A stretch of 64,000 nt of DNA from an uncultured Sphingobacteriales bacterium (GTDB taxonomy: Bacteria > Bacteroidota > Bacteroidia > CAILMK01 > CAYYUA01), in contig CAZLQF010000005.1 in assembly GCA_964561545.1 (NCBI GenBank), forward strand, positions 51,928-115,927. Direction: 5' to 3'. The position numbers were made by a program, and so were the translations under genes. Below are positions 10,150 to 19,660 of the stretch, piece by piece. The notes beneath the pieces are model-generated. The model worked only from the letters and a program-made list of their open reading frames with translations. It searched no databases and was not told where the DNA came from. Each line of letters begins with the position of its first letter. The stretch's first letter is position 1.

Positions 10150-10770
10150 CAAAGGATAACAGGTCGTATTGAACACCGCTTTTGCTTGGATTTGGGCTTA
10201 TCTCAAGCTATTGGTTCAAAAGTTAAAACGTCCATAGCCCTTAAGGGCCTCGGAACCATTCCTTTTATAACAATGGAAACACTTGCAGCAAGCACAAGGA
10301 GTTAAGGTACCAAGGGCTCATTATTGATCATGTTTTTGGAGGCAATATTGGACAATCTTTGGTGGATCGTTTTAAAAATTTATACTTATCTGAAGAAAAC
10401 GGAGTAGGTTCCTTTTAGTATCCCATTGCCCCAAAAAATTACAGCTCAAGTAAAGTATCAACTTGCTTTGGCAATCACAAGCCAAAGTCAACATTCATAT
10501 GCTACTTATATTCAAGGATTGCGAAATGGTGCGCTTGAAATGCTTAAGTTTGGGTTATCAACGGCATTTCAATCAAACCTTAATGACCGGTGTATCTTTG
10601 TCAGCAGGAATTTGTAATGACTGGGCTATGGGCATATTGGCGGGGGTTAAGATTGGACCCGATTTTAGGTTAACCTTTAATTCTGATAACATAAGAGCTG
10701 TGCTTAATCCAGAATGGGGTACTGCCTTAGATTTTGGTTTTAATGCAAGCTGGTGGATTTTTTTAATAAG
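10150..10770 (+). pseudogene. Frameshifted C-terminal remnant of a DUF5723-like outer-membrane beta-barrel gene
   Basis: Segments in successive frames: FCLDLGLSQAIGSKVKTSIALKGLGTIPF; LRYQGLIIDHVFGGNIGQSLVDRFKNLYLSEENGVGSF*YPIAPK; LGYQRHFNQTLMTGVSLSAG...GILAGVKIGPDFRLTFNSDNIRAVLNPEWGTALDFGFNASWW. The order fits remembered DLG...DLG...KIGP...SDNI barrel motifs. No 5' part is present. Confidence 0.5.
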
Positions 10771-11072
10771 CTATTGCAGCGAATTACCTTTTTATTGATA
10801 TGTATCAAAAGATAACCCAAACCTATAATGATCTCATCATTTCAACTAATTTACATATCTTAAAAATGAGAAAAGTGCTATTTTAAATTTTTGTCCTGGA
10901 TTATGCCTTTAATCATAAACTCCAGAATAGAACTATAATCTCAAAGCTTAGTTCCAAGTATCTTATAGTATAAGACTCGCGAAGGTTGATTTCAATTGGT
11001 TAAATACTGAATTTGTAGCCTTTACCAAATTTTGGCTTAATTTGCGCTTATAATCAATAAACGTCCAACAAT

Positions 11073-12086
11073 ATGAGCATGGCAGTAAAAACCTTAAACC
11101 AATTCATCGTAGAAAGACAAGCAGATTTCCCTTATGCAAAGGGAGAATTATCGAGGCTGCTGAGTGATATTGGCGCAGCTGCTAAGATTATTAACAGGGA
11201 GGTAAACAAAGCTGGATTGGTTGATGTACTGGGCAAGACAGGAGATGTTAATGTACAGGGTGAAGAGGTTCAAAAATTAGATGATTTTGCCAATCAACAA
11301 TTGATCTATGCTTTATCATCAGGGGGTGAATGCTGCTTAATGGCATCTGAGGAAAATGAAAACATTGTTCCGGTAAATTGGACAATTGCCAAGGATGCCA
11401 AATATGTGGTAAATTTTGATCCTTTGGATGGGTCTTCTAATATTGATGTTAATGCGCCAATCGGTACTATTTTCGCCATTTACAGAAGAAAAACCACTCC
11501 TGAAGAAGGATGCGGCCAAAAAGATGTATTACAAAAAGGCACCGAGCAGGTGGCAGCCGGCTATGTTATTTACGGCTCTTCTACAATGATGGCTTATACC
11601 ACCGGCAATGGAGTCAATGGATTTACACTTGATCCTTCTATTGGTGAGTTTTGCTTGTCGCATCCTGATATAAAAGTTTCAGACAAGGGTAAGATCTATT
11701 CCATCAATGAAGGCAATTTATACCATTATTCTCAAGGCATCCAACAATATGTAGCTGCTTGCAAATCAGGAGAAAATATATCAGGCAAGCCTTACAAGGG
11801 ACGGTATATCGGTAGCCTGGTCGCTGATTTTCACCGTAATTTACTAAAAGGGGGCATTTTTATGTATCCAGCTACAGCAGATGATCCTAAGGGGAAATTA
11901 AGGTTGGTGTATGAAGCCAAGCCCAAAGCTTTTCTTATGGAACAAGCCGGAGGCAAGGCCACCAATGGTAAAAATCGTATTATGGAAATAGATCCTCAGG
12001 ATCCCCATGAACGAACGCCCTTGATCATAGGAAGCAAGCCGATGGTAGAAGAAGCGCAGGCTTTTATTGATCGGTATGATGGTTAA
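11073..12086 (+). CDS. fbp: Fructose-1,6-bisphosphatase class 1
   Basis: NVQGEEVQKLD, ASEE, FDPLDGSSNIDVN, YSINEGN, RYIGSLVADFHRNLLKGG, KLRLVYEA. Confidence 0.97.
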   Translation: MSMAVKTLNQFIVERQADFPYAKGELSRLLSDIGAAAKIINREVNKAGLVDVLGKTGDVNVQGEEVQKLDDFANQQLIYALSSGGECCLMASEENENIVPVNWTIAKDAKYVVNFDPLDGSSNIDVNAPIGTIFAIYRRKTTPEEGCGQKDVLQKGTEQVAAGYVIYGSSTMMAYTTGNGVNGFTLDPSIGEFCLSHPDIKVSDKGKIYSINEGNLYHYSQGIQQYVAACKSGENISGKPYKGRYIGSLVADFHRNLLKGGIFMYPATADDPKGKLRLVYEAKPKAFLMEQAGGKATNGKNRIMEIDPQDPHERTPLIIGSKPMVEEAQAFIDRYDG

Positions 12087-12288
12087 AAAAAGCTATTTAA
12101 TTAAAAGCTTGGTCAAAAGATAATCTATTAAGCATTAACTTAATCTCAACCTTTCATTTTAACCGATAATTAAAGCTATTATTGAAAGTACCGCAGGTTT
12201 ACTTTTATTGGTTTTTTCACAAAATTGGATTTCAAGCTTTTGCGAGCTTTTGATTTCAATCACTTGAATGCAGCGAAAATAAAATGAT

Positions 12289-13032
12289 TTGACTACCAAC
12301 GGTCAGCAAATGGTATTCATCTTTTCCACGGGGCGAACAGGGACTGATTTTTTTACTACCTTGTTCAACGAAAAGGTTAGCAATGCGTGGAGTTTGCATG
12401 AGCCCAATCCAGCCTTTAGAGCCAGAAGTTACCAGCTGGTAGCAAGAGCACCCAATCTTTATGAAAAGCTTTATTTTAAAATACCTCGTCAAAGGTGGCA
12501 TCGTAAACATCCTGAAAAATGGTATGTAGAAACCAATTATCATTTGTTTGCCGCCATTCCTTTGATCAGAAGCACATTTCCAGCCAGTAAATTGGTACAT
12601 ATCGTTAGGGATGGGAGAAAAGTAGTAACTTCCTGGCTGAACCGCTACCGATACATAACCAATAACCATATCACGCCTTTCGATCTAACAGAAAATCCTG
12701 CAAGGGCTTCATGGAACCAATGGAATCCTTTGCAGAAACTTAGTTGGTATTGGAAAACCGTGAATGAAATGGTAGAATCCCAGCATCCTGATCTGTGGCT
12801 AAAATTTGAAAATATATTTCAAGGCCCGGAGTATCAAGATTTGTTTACATTGCTTAAGCATTTACCGGGCATTGATTACAATGAAGCGGAAGTTAAGGCT
12901 TTGGCTGGCGAAAGCGTCAATAAAAATGCTATTAAATTTTTCCCTGATTATGAAGAATGGCCTCAATTCTGGAAAGACCAGTTCTGGGAAATAGCGGGAG
13001 CTACCATGACTCGGTATGGCTACCAGGAATAA
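12289..13032 (+). CDS. Sulfotransferase family protein (PAPS-dependent)
   Basis: 5'-PSB loop STGRTGT, LHEP, 3'-PB motif HIVRDGRKVVTS, LKFENIF. Start is TTG 12289 or ATG 12310. Confidence 0.8.
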   Translation: MTTNGQQMVFIFSTGRTGTDFFTTLFNEKVSNAWSLHEPNPAFRARSYQLVARAPNLYEKLYFKIPRQRWHRKHPEKWYVETNYHLFAAIPLIRSTFPASKLVHIVRDGRKVVTSWLNRYRYITNNHITPFDLTENPARASWNQWNPLQKLSWYWKTVNEMVESQHPDLWLKFENIFQGPEYQDLFTLLKHLPGIDYNEAEVKALAGESVNKNAIKFFPDYEEWPQFWKDQFWEIAGATMTRYGYQE

Positions 13033-13122
13033 GTGCTGAAATCAGGTGTGGTTGAGTGCTCCCATAATAGGTTAAAAGAAGCTTAATTCTCCGTAAATAG
13101 ACCAAGCGTATATCTTGATAAA

Positions 13123-13149
13123 GTCACCAAGTTTGGGCTTGGTGTTGAC
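13123..13149. other. Intergenic hairpin GTCACCAAG-TTTGGG-CTTGGTGTTGAC
   Basis: Perfect 7-bp CACCAAG/CTTGGTG stem; no adjacent U-tract, so function is unclear. Confidence 0.3.
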
Positions 13150-13225
13150 TCAAAGCTTAAAATTAGTTTCAAAAAAGATGTTGGATTTTCATCCTAAGCG
13201 GATTTTTAGTTTCACCGATTGTATT

Positions 13226-13233
13226 TACTTTTG
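13226..13233 (+). promoter_or_regulatory. Bacteroidota -7 element for the M1 peptidase
   Basis: TACTTTTG, 26 nt upstream of ATG 13260. Confidence 0.55.
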
Positions 13234-13259
13234 AATGTTTAAAAACAAAATATCAAACC

Positions 13260-15140
13260 ATGCATAAACCATTATTCCTGATTTTTTCAACCCTTTTAAT
13301 GTTCTTATCAGTACTGAATCATTCCATGGCCCAACCTCATGATTATTGGCAGCAAAAGGTTGAATACGACATGAACATTGATATGGATGTAGAAAGCCAT
13401 CAATTTAAAGGGAAACAGGAATTGGTTTACCATAACAACTCGTATGACACCCTGCGAAAGGTTTTTTATCACCTTTACTTCAATGCTTTTCAACCTGGAA
13501 GTATGATGGACATAAGGTCAAGGGATATTGTGGACCCGGATCCACGTGTTAGCAATCGCATAGCAAATCTTGATAAGAGTGAAATCGGATACATCAAAGT
13601 TGATGAACTTAATCAGGATGGTAAAAGCCTGGAATACGATGTAGTAGGTACCATCCTTGAGGTTAAATTGGATGAACCCATTATGCCAAATTCAACCACT
13701 ACGTTTAACATGGATTTCAGGGGCCAGGTACCCGTCCAGATAAGGCGTTCAGGTAGGAACAATGCGGAAGGTATTGACTACTCGATGGCCCAATGGTATC
13801 CTAAAATGGCTGAGTATGATCAAGAAGGTTGGCATCCCGATCCTTATGTAGGAAGAGAATTTCAAGGGGTATTTGGGGAGTTTGATGTTAAGATCACTAT
13901 TGATTCAAATTATGTCCTTGGAGGAACCGGCATTGTTCAAAATCCACAGGAAGTAGGGCATGGTTACCAGGATCCTGCTAAATCGCTAAAAAGACCGGAT
14001 CGTGAAAAGCTTACCTGGCATTTTAAAGCTTCCAAAGTGCATGATTTTATGTGGGCTGCTGACCCCGATTATGCCCATGATACCGCTCATGTACCAGAAG
14101 GACCGATGCTTCATTTTCTTTACCAGAAAGATACCCTTGTTGACAATTGGAAGAAGCTTCAACCTAAAACAGTGGAAGCCTTTCAATTCATGAATAAGCG
14201 ATTTGGGGAATATCCCTACCAACAATATTCGGTTATACAAGGAGGTGATGGCGGTATGGAATACCCAATGGCTACTTTGATAACCGGTCACAGACGTTTT
14301 GGAAGTTTGTTTGGGGTAACAGCTCATGAATTGGTCCACAGTTGGTATCAAGGTGTTTTGGCCACCAATGAAAACATGTACCCTTGGATGGATGAAGGCA
14401 TGACAGTATATGCCTCCAGCTACATAACTAATCATGTCAACGATCTTGATCGCGACAATCCGGTGAAAGGTGGCTATAGCAGTTACAGGAATTTTGTAGA
14501 AACCGATAAGCAAGAACCTATGAGCGTTCATGCCGATTTTTTCCATACCAACGAAGCTTATTGGCGAACTGCTTATTCCCAAGGACCTGTATTAGTGCAG
14601 CAATTGGGCTATATCATTGGCCAGGATGTGCTCAATAAGGGTATGAAGGAATATTACAAGCGATGGAAATTCAAGCATCCCACACCTCGTGATTATAAGC
14701 GCGTTATGGAGCGGGTTTCCGGTATTCAGCTGGATTGGTATTTTAACTTGTTCATCAACACTACGCGAACCATTGATTATGGTATTGAAAATGTTAAAGC
14801 TAAAGGTGACAGTACTTTTATCAGCTTGAAAAATCATGGCAAGATTCCCATGCCTTTGGATGTTCAGGTAACTTTTGAAGACGGGGAGCAAATGATGTAT
14901 TACATACCCCTGCAAATGATGCGGTCCATTAAACCTCAACAAAATCCTGAAATGACAAGGGTAGTGTTAGATGATTGGCCTTGGCCTTATCCGCAATACC
15001 AATTTGGAATCTCAACCAAAGATAAATCTATAAAGTCTATAACCATTGATCCCTCCAGGACTATGGCTGATGTGAACTTAAATAACAATGAATATCCCAA
15101 GAAAGAACCGCTTGAGTTTAATGCCTCTGAAGAAGAGTAG
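13260..15140 (+). CDS. Exported M1-family zinc aminopeptidase
   Basis: Signal peptide ending SMA-Q; GGMEYP exopeptidase motif; HELVHSWY HExxH with downstream WMDEG. Confidence 0.93.
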   Translation: MHKPLFLIFSTLLMFLSVLNHSMAQPHDYWQQKVEYDMNIDMDVESHQFKGKQELVYHNNSYDTLRKVFYHLYFNAFQPGSMMDIRSRDIVDPDPRVSNRIANLDKSEIGYIKVDELNQDGKSLEYDVVGTILEVKLDEPIMPNSTTTFNMDFRGQVPVQIRRSGRNNAEGIDYSMAQWYPKMAEYDQEGWHPDPYVGREFQGVFGEFDVKITIDSNYVLGGTGIVQNPQEVGHGYQDPAKSLKRPDREKLTWHFKASKVHDFMWAADPDYAHDTAHVPEGPMLHFLYQKDTLVDNWKKLQPKTVEAFQFMNKRFGEYPYQQYSVIQGGDGGMEYPMATLITGHRRFGSLFGVTAHELVHSWYQGVLATNENMYPWMDEGMTVYASSYITNHVNDLDRDNPVKGGYSSYRNFVETDKQEPMSVHADFFHTNEAYWRTAYSQGPVLVQQLGYIIGQDVLNKGMKEYYKRWKFKHPTPRDYKRVMERVSGIQLDWYFNLFINTTRTIDYGIENVKAKGDSTFISLKNHGKIPMPLDVQVTFEDGEQMMYYIPLQMMRSIKPQQNPEMTRVVLDDWPWPYPQYQFGISTKDKSIKSITIDPSRTMADVNLNNNEYPKKEPLEFNASEEE

Positions 15141-15326
15141 TTGATTATTTAAAATATTTCCTTATCAAGCTACCAGTTTGTAATTATTTAAATGGATAAG
15201 TATTGGTTGTTGGTAGTTTAGTCGATTTTACCGCCTCATAATACCAATTTTTCAGTAATTACTACGTGCTTATTTCTTTATTGTTTAGTGAAAATTAAGC
15301 ACAAATCACATCTTAATAAAAGGGTT

Positions 15327-15713
15327 TTATACTTTCTGCGCTTCTTCCATGGCTTCCCTCATTTGTTCCCAGAATTCTGGATTGAACCCTACCATAGCAA
15401 AAGATATGATCCAATAAGCTATATAAACTACCGATAAAACCAAACCGATGATGGCACAAATCCTTCCGATTTTCAAATTTTTAAAGGAGTTGTCGGTGTA
15501 ATTCACTGGATTTTGTTGGTAAAGTTTCATATCCTTGGATGCTAAGTAAAGCCCAATAATGGCTAATACAAATCCAATGAAAAAGCAGCAAAAGAAAATA
15601 ATGGAAAGAATACCTAAAACGAGGACTGCTGTGGCATTGGGCAATTCATACTTGACGGTTGGTTCTTGGCTTCCTTGGTTAAGGCTTTGCTCTTGGTTTT
15701 CACTGTTGTCCAT
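15327..15713 (-). CDS. CCC-motif membrane protein (DUF4190-like)
   Basis: LPNATAVLVLGILSIIFFCC...LYQQNPVNYT..S..NLKIGRICAIIGL; two TM helices. Confidence 0.82.
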   Translation of the reverse strand: MDNSENQEQSLNQGSQEPTVKYELPNATAVLVLGILSIIFFCCFFIGFVLAIIGLYLASKDMKLYQQNPVNYTDNSFKNLKIGRICAIIGLVLSVVYIAYWIISFAMVGFNPEFWEQMREAMEEAQKV

Positions 15714-15725
15714 TTTGGTTTTATT

Positions 15726-16028
15726 TTAAAAGGTTTTGATTGCAAAATTGATCACCATGCTGGCGATGACCAACCCATAACTAAAAAACAATAAGAAACT
15801 TCTTCCTTTAAATTCTTGAAATTTAATCCCTACAAGCAATATGCTGATCATAAAGATCATGGGTAATAATGGAGGAAATACCTGTAAGCTTTCCATGATG
15901 TTGCCTTCAAGCATCTGAATTACGCCTCTTTGAAGTCCACAGCCAGGACAGGCTATTCCTGCTGTTTCTTTAAAAAAACATGGAATCATAAACTCATTAC
16001 TCCACTTAATCAATTGATCAAATTGCAT
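15726..16028 (-). CDS. DUF2752 membrane protein
   Basis: PCFFKETAGIACPGCGLQRG followed by TM helices. Confidence 0.88.
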   Translation of the reverse strand: MQFDQLIKWSNEFMIPCFFKETAGIACPGCGLQRGVIQMLEGNIMESLQVFPPLLPMIFMISILLVGIKFQEFKGRSFLLFFSYGLVIASMVINFAIKTF

Positions 16029-16135
16029 AAAGTGTAATTTTGTAAAAACGCAATTTAATATTTTTAGAAAGAATTTAAATTTTAGCTATGGCTTTAAACT
16101 TCCTTTGAAGTTGTTTAAAAAGGGCTAAAAATGAT

Positions 16136-16143
16136 TATTTTTG
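16136..16143 (+). promoter_or_regulatory. Bacteroidota -7 element for fbaB
   Basis: TATTTTTG, 26 nt upstream of ATG 16170. Confidence 0.55.
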
Positions 16144-16169
16144 CCATTAAGAAAAAAAATTAAACAGTT

Positions 16170-17270
16170 ATGGTCGAAGCTAAAACGATACAAAAAACTG
16201 AACAACTAAGTTATCAGGAAATTGTAGACACTTTGGGCGATAAAGCAAGCCATTTGCTTGAGCATGAATGCACAACTTTTCCTAAGGAAATGTTACATGT
16301 ACCAAGTCCCGATGTAGTTGATAAGAATTGGAAAGATTCCAATCGAAACAACAGGGTACTTAAAAGTCTTCAGGATATTTACAGGCATGGGCGTTTGGCT
16401 AACACAGGATACTTATCCATTTTACCCGTGGACCAGGGCATTGAGCATACAGCTGGAGCCTCTTTTGCTCCAAACCCAATGTACTTTGACCCTGAAAATA
16501 TTGTTAAGCTTGCCATAGAAGGCGGTTGTAATGCCGTAGCAACAACATTCGGTAACCTGGCTTCAGTATCAAGGAAATATGCGCACAAGATACCCTTCAT
16601 TGTTAAGATGAATCACAATGAATTGTTAACCTACCCCAATACCTATGATCAAATACTTTATGGTTCAGTTGATGAAGCATGGAACCTGGGTGCTACAGCC
16701 GTTGGTGCAACCATTTATTTTGGCTCTGAGGAATCCAATAGGCAAATCGCTGAAATCGCTGAGGCTTTTGAACGCGCTCACGAGCTTGGCATGGCAACCG
16801 TATTGTGGTGTTACTTAAGGAACAGCGACTTTAAGCAAAATGGCACGGATTACCACACCGCTGCTGATTTAACAGGACAGGCCAACCACATGGGGGTTAC
16901 CATTCAGGCAGACATTATTAAGCAAAAGCTTCCTAAATCCAACGGAGGATTTGAGACCATTGGCTTTGGCAAGACGCACCCAAAAATGTACGAAGATCTA
17001 AGTAGTGATCATCCCATTGATCTTGCAAGATATCAAGTTGCTCACTGTTACATGGGGCAGGTTGGATTGATCAATTCTGGTGGGGCTTCAAAAGGTGAAA
17101 CAGACTCGGATCTGCAAGATGCGTTGTTTACGGCCATCGTTAATAAACGAGCTGGAGGATGCGGCTTGATCACTGGCAGAAAATCCTTTCAAAAATCAAT
17201 GGAAGATGGCGTGAGTTTATTGAATGCCATACAAGATGTATACCTGTGTGATCAAATAGGTTTGGCTTAA
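16170..17270 (+). CDS. fbaB: Class I fructose-bisphosphate aldolase (DhnA/FbaB type)
   Basis: [65 protein letters not shown]. Confidence 0.96.
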   Translation: MVEAKTIQKTEQLSYQEIVDTLGDKASHLLEHECTTFPKEMLHVPSPDVVDKNWKDSNRNNRVLKSLQDIYRHGRLANTGYLSILPVDQGIEHTAGASFAPNPMYFDPENIVKLAIEGGCNAVATTFGNLASVSRKYAHKIPFIVKMNHNELLTYPNTYDQILYGSVDEAWNLGATAVGATIYFGSEESNRQIAEIAEAFERAHELGMATVLWCYLRNSDFKQNGTDYHTAADLTGQANHMGVTIQADIIKQKLPKSNGGFETIGFGKTHPKMYEDLSSDHPIDLARYQVAHCYMGQVGLINSGGASKGETDSDLQDALFTAIVNKRAGGCGLITGRKSFQKSMEDGVSLLNAIQDVYLCDQIGLA

Positions 17271-17346
17271 AATTATTGATGAGCTCTATAAAAGCTCCTT
17301 AAGAACAATTTTAGGTTCGAATTTTGAGGACATCGCTAAAATAAAC

Positions 17347-17391
17347 CTGGTAGAAATGATTGAAATGGAATGGCTACCAGCTTTTGTTTTT
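17347..17391 (+). terminator. Possible intrinsic terminator after fbaB
   Basis: CTGGTAG/CTACCAG 7-bp stem with a long 20-nt loop, followed by CTTTTGTTTTT. Confidence 0.35.
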
Positions 17392-17474
17392 AAGAAGCAA
17401 GCTTTTAATTCGAAATGTTGGAACGATGTAGCTGTTATAGTTATTGGTTCCTGTAAATTTAGAAGGCGGGACTT

Positions 17475-18401
17475 ATGAGTTGGTTTAAAAGAGTAAAAGA
17501 TGGCATTTTAACAAGTACTAAGGAGAAGAAGGGACTGCCTGAAGGCATTTGGAACAAATGCCCAGAGTGTAAAAGCGCTATTACGTACAAAGATTTAGAA
17601 GAAAATTTCTTTGTATGCCCTGGAGAAGATAAATACCACTTCAGGATAGGTTCTAACCAATATTTTAACGGTTTATTTGACAGCAAGCGTTATAAAGAAT
17701 TGTTTAGTAACATTAAGCCTGCCGATCCCTTGAAATTCAATGATCGCAAGGAATATCACAAACGCCTGGAAGAAGAACAGCAAAAGACACAGCTTGATGA
17801 AGCAATCCGTGTTGCAACAGGTAAGATGAACAAAAAATATGTGGTGATGGCTTGCATGGATTTTTCATACATTGGGGGCTCGATGGGAGCTGTTGTCGGA
17901 GAGAAAATATCAAGGGCCATCGATTATGCGCGGGAACATAAGTATCCTTTGATCATTATCTCCAAATCCGGGGGAGCCCGGATGATGGAATCTGCTTATT
18001 CCTTAATGCAAATGGCCAAAACATCCTCTAAATTAAGTTTATTGGAGTCAGAAGGCATTCCCTATTTTTCGGTACTTACTGATCCTACCACCGGTGGAGT
18101 AACTGCCTCATTTGCTACCCTGGGTGATTTTAACATAGCAGAACCCGGTGCTTTAATAGGATTCGCTGGTCCCAGGGTTATTCGCGAAACCATTGGTAAA
18201 GACTTACCTGAAGGTTTCCAGCGCTCTGAATTTTTACTTGAGCATGGGTTTTTGGATTTTATTTCGGATAGAAGAGAATTGAAATCGAATATTACAACCC
18301 TCATCCACTTATTAAAAGAAGAAAAGCCAAAAAGCAAATCCAAGGTAAAAAGCAACGGTCAGGCTAACAAGCGTACAAGCCGATATGCTCATGCAAAATG
18401 A
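17475..18401 (+). CDS. accD: Acetyl-CoA carboxylase carboxyltransferase beta subunit
   Basis: YIGGSMGAVVGEK, SGGARMME, DPTTGGVTASFA, IGFAGPRVI, FQRSEFLLEHG. Confidence 0.97.
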   Translation: MSWFKRVKDGILTSTKEKKGLPEGIWNKCPECKSAITYKDLEENFFVCPGEDKYHFRIGSNQYFNGLFDSKRYKELFSNIKPADPLKFNDRKEYHKRLEEEQQKTQLDEAIRVATGKMNKKYVVMACMDFSYIGGSMGAVVGEKISRAIDYAREHKYPLIIISKSGGARMMESAYSLMQMAKTSSKLSLLESEGIPYFSVLTDPTTGGVTASFATLGDFNIAEPGALIGFAGPRVIRETIGKDLPEGFQRSEFLLEHGFLDFISDRRELKSNITTLIHLLKEEKPKSKSKVKSNGQANKRTSRYAHAK

Positions 18402-18418
18402 TATTTACTGATTCCTCT

Positions 18419-19618
18419 TTAATGTGCTTGATCAAAAGCTTCCTCTAAACTCTTTTTAAGTAAACGACATGCGTTTTTAATCTCAACGTCAGATATATTC
18501 AAAGGCGGTGCAATGCGAATGCTTTGGTTGTTAAAGACAAACCAGTCGGATAAAAGTTTGTTTTGAAAACATTTTTGGATGGTTTTGTAAACAAAATCAA
18601 AATTCCCGATTTCTGCTGCGAGCATAAGTCCTTTTCCATTTATGCTTTTGATCAAATGATGGCCTTCAAGTTCTTGGCGAATAATGCTTTCTTTTTTCAA
18701 AGCTTGCACAGCCAACCCCTCGTTTAATAAAACTTCCATGGCTGCTTTACCAGCAGCACAAGCAATGGGGTTGCCCCCAAAAGTTGAAATATGACCTAAA
18801 ACTGGATCTGTTTTTAAGGCATCCATGATAGCTTTATCCGAAATAAAAGTTGCCAATGGTAGTCCACCTCCAAAAGCTTTTCCTAATAAGAGGATATCAG
18901 GTTTTACACCGAAATGATTAAAAGCCCACAGCTTTCCAGTTCTTCCCATCCCAGCCTGGATTTCGTCAAAAATTAAAAGGGTTCCCGTTTTTTGACATTG
19001 ATCGCGAATGCTTTGAAGGAACCCTTTGTCTGGAACGCGGGCTCCTGCTTCACCTTGAATGGTTTCTATAATAACTGCTGCAGTATGCTGGTCAATCAGG
19101 TCAATGTCTTCGGTATGATGGTAGCGCATCGTTTTGACTCCCGGCATTAAGGGCCTGAAGGAATTTTTTAAGGATTCGTCACCCGCTACACTTAAGGCTC
19201 CATAGGTACTGCCGTGATAGGCCTTATCGCAATTGATAACATTTGGTTTTCCTGTGTATCGTTTAGCCAGCTTAATTGCAGCTTCGGTGGCTTCGCTACC
19301 TGAATTGACGAAAAAAACATTGTTTAAATTAGAAGGCAAGTGAGCAACAATTAATTCAGCAAAAGCAATTTGAGGCTCCATCATATATTCACCATAAACC
19401 ATGGTGTGTAAATACTGATCGGCCTGTTTTTTAATTGCATTTAAAATAGATGGGTGGTGATGACCGAGGAAACTTACACTGATGCCCGAAATAAGGTCTA
19501 AATAAGCTTGATTATCTTGATCATACAAATAAACGCCCTCACCCTTACTAACATTTAACATGAGTGGGAGATCACTTGTCTGCCCAAGGTGGTTTTTAAA
19601 GGTTTCACGCCTTTCCAT
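18419..19618 (-). CDS. Class III PLP-dependent aminotransferase (acetylornithine aminotransferase-like)
   Basis: YLDLISGI, NSGSEATE, YHGST, IFDEIQAGMGRTG, PLP lysine in LGKAFGGG, HISTFGGNP. Confidence 0.9.
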   Translation of the reverse strand: MERRETFKNHLGQTSDLPLMLNVSKGEGVYLYDQDNQAYLDLISGISVSFLGHHHPSILNAIKKQADQYLHTMVYGEYMMEPQIAFAELIVAHLPSNLNNVFFVNSGSEATEAAIKLAKRYTGKPNVINCDKAYHGSTYGALSVAGDESLKNSFRPLMPGVKTMRYHHTEDIDLIDQHTAAVIIETIQGEAGARVPDKGFLQSIRDQCQKTGTLLIFDEIQAGMGRTGKLWAFNHFGVKPDILLLGKAFGGGLPLATFISDKAIMDALKTDPVLGHISTFGGNPIACAAGKAAMEVLLNEGLAVQALKKESIIRQELEGHHLIKSINGKGLMLAAEIGNFDFVYKTIQKCFQNKLLSDWFVFNNQSIRIAPPLNISDVEIKNACRLLKKSLEEAFDQAH

Positions 19619-19660
19619 GGTTGTTAATGATCAATAATAGATACTCTGCTAATTCTAAAA

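Noticed and set aside
10426-10798. ORFs 10426-10617 and 10463-10798 as independent small genes
   Set aside because: Better explained as frames of one decayed barrel pseudogene.
13986-14942. Long antisense ORFs such as 13986-14582, 14592-14942, 30030-30467, 37070-37519 and 51564-52016
   Set aside because: Shadow frames of well-supported genes on the opposite strand, with no recognisable motifs.
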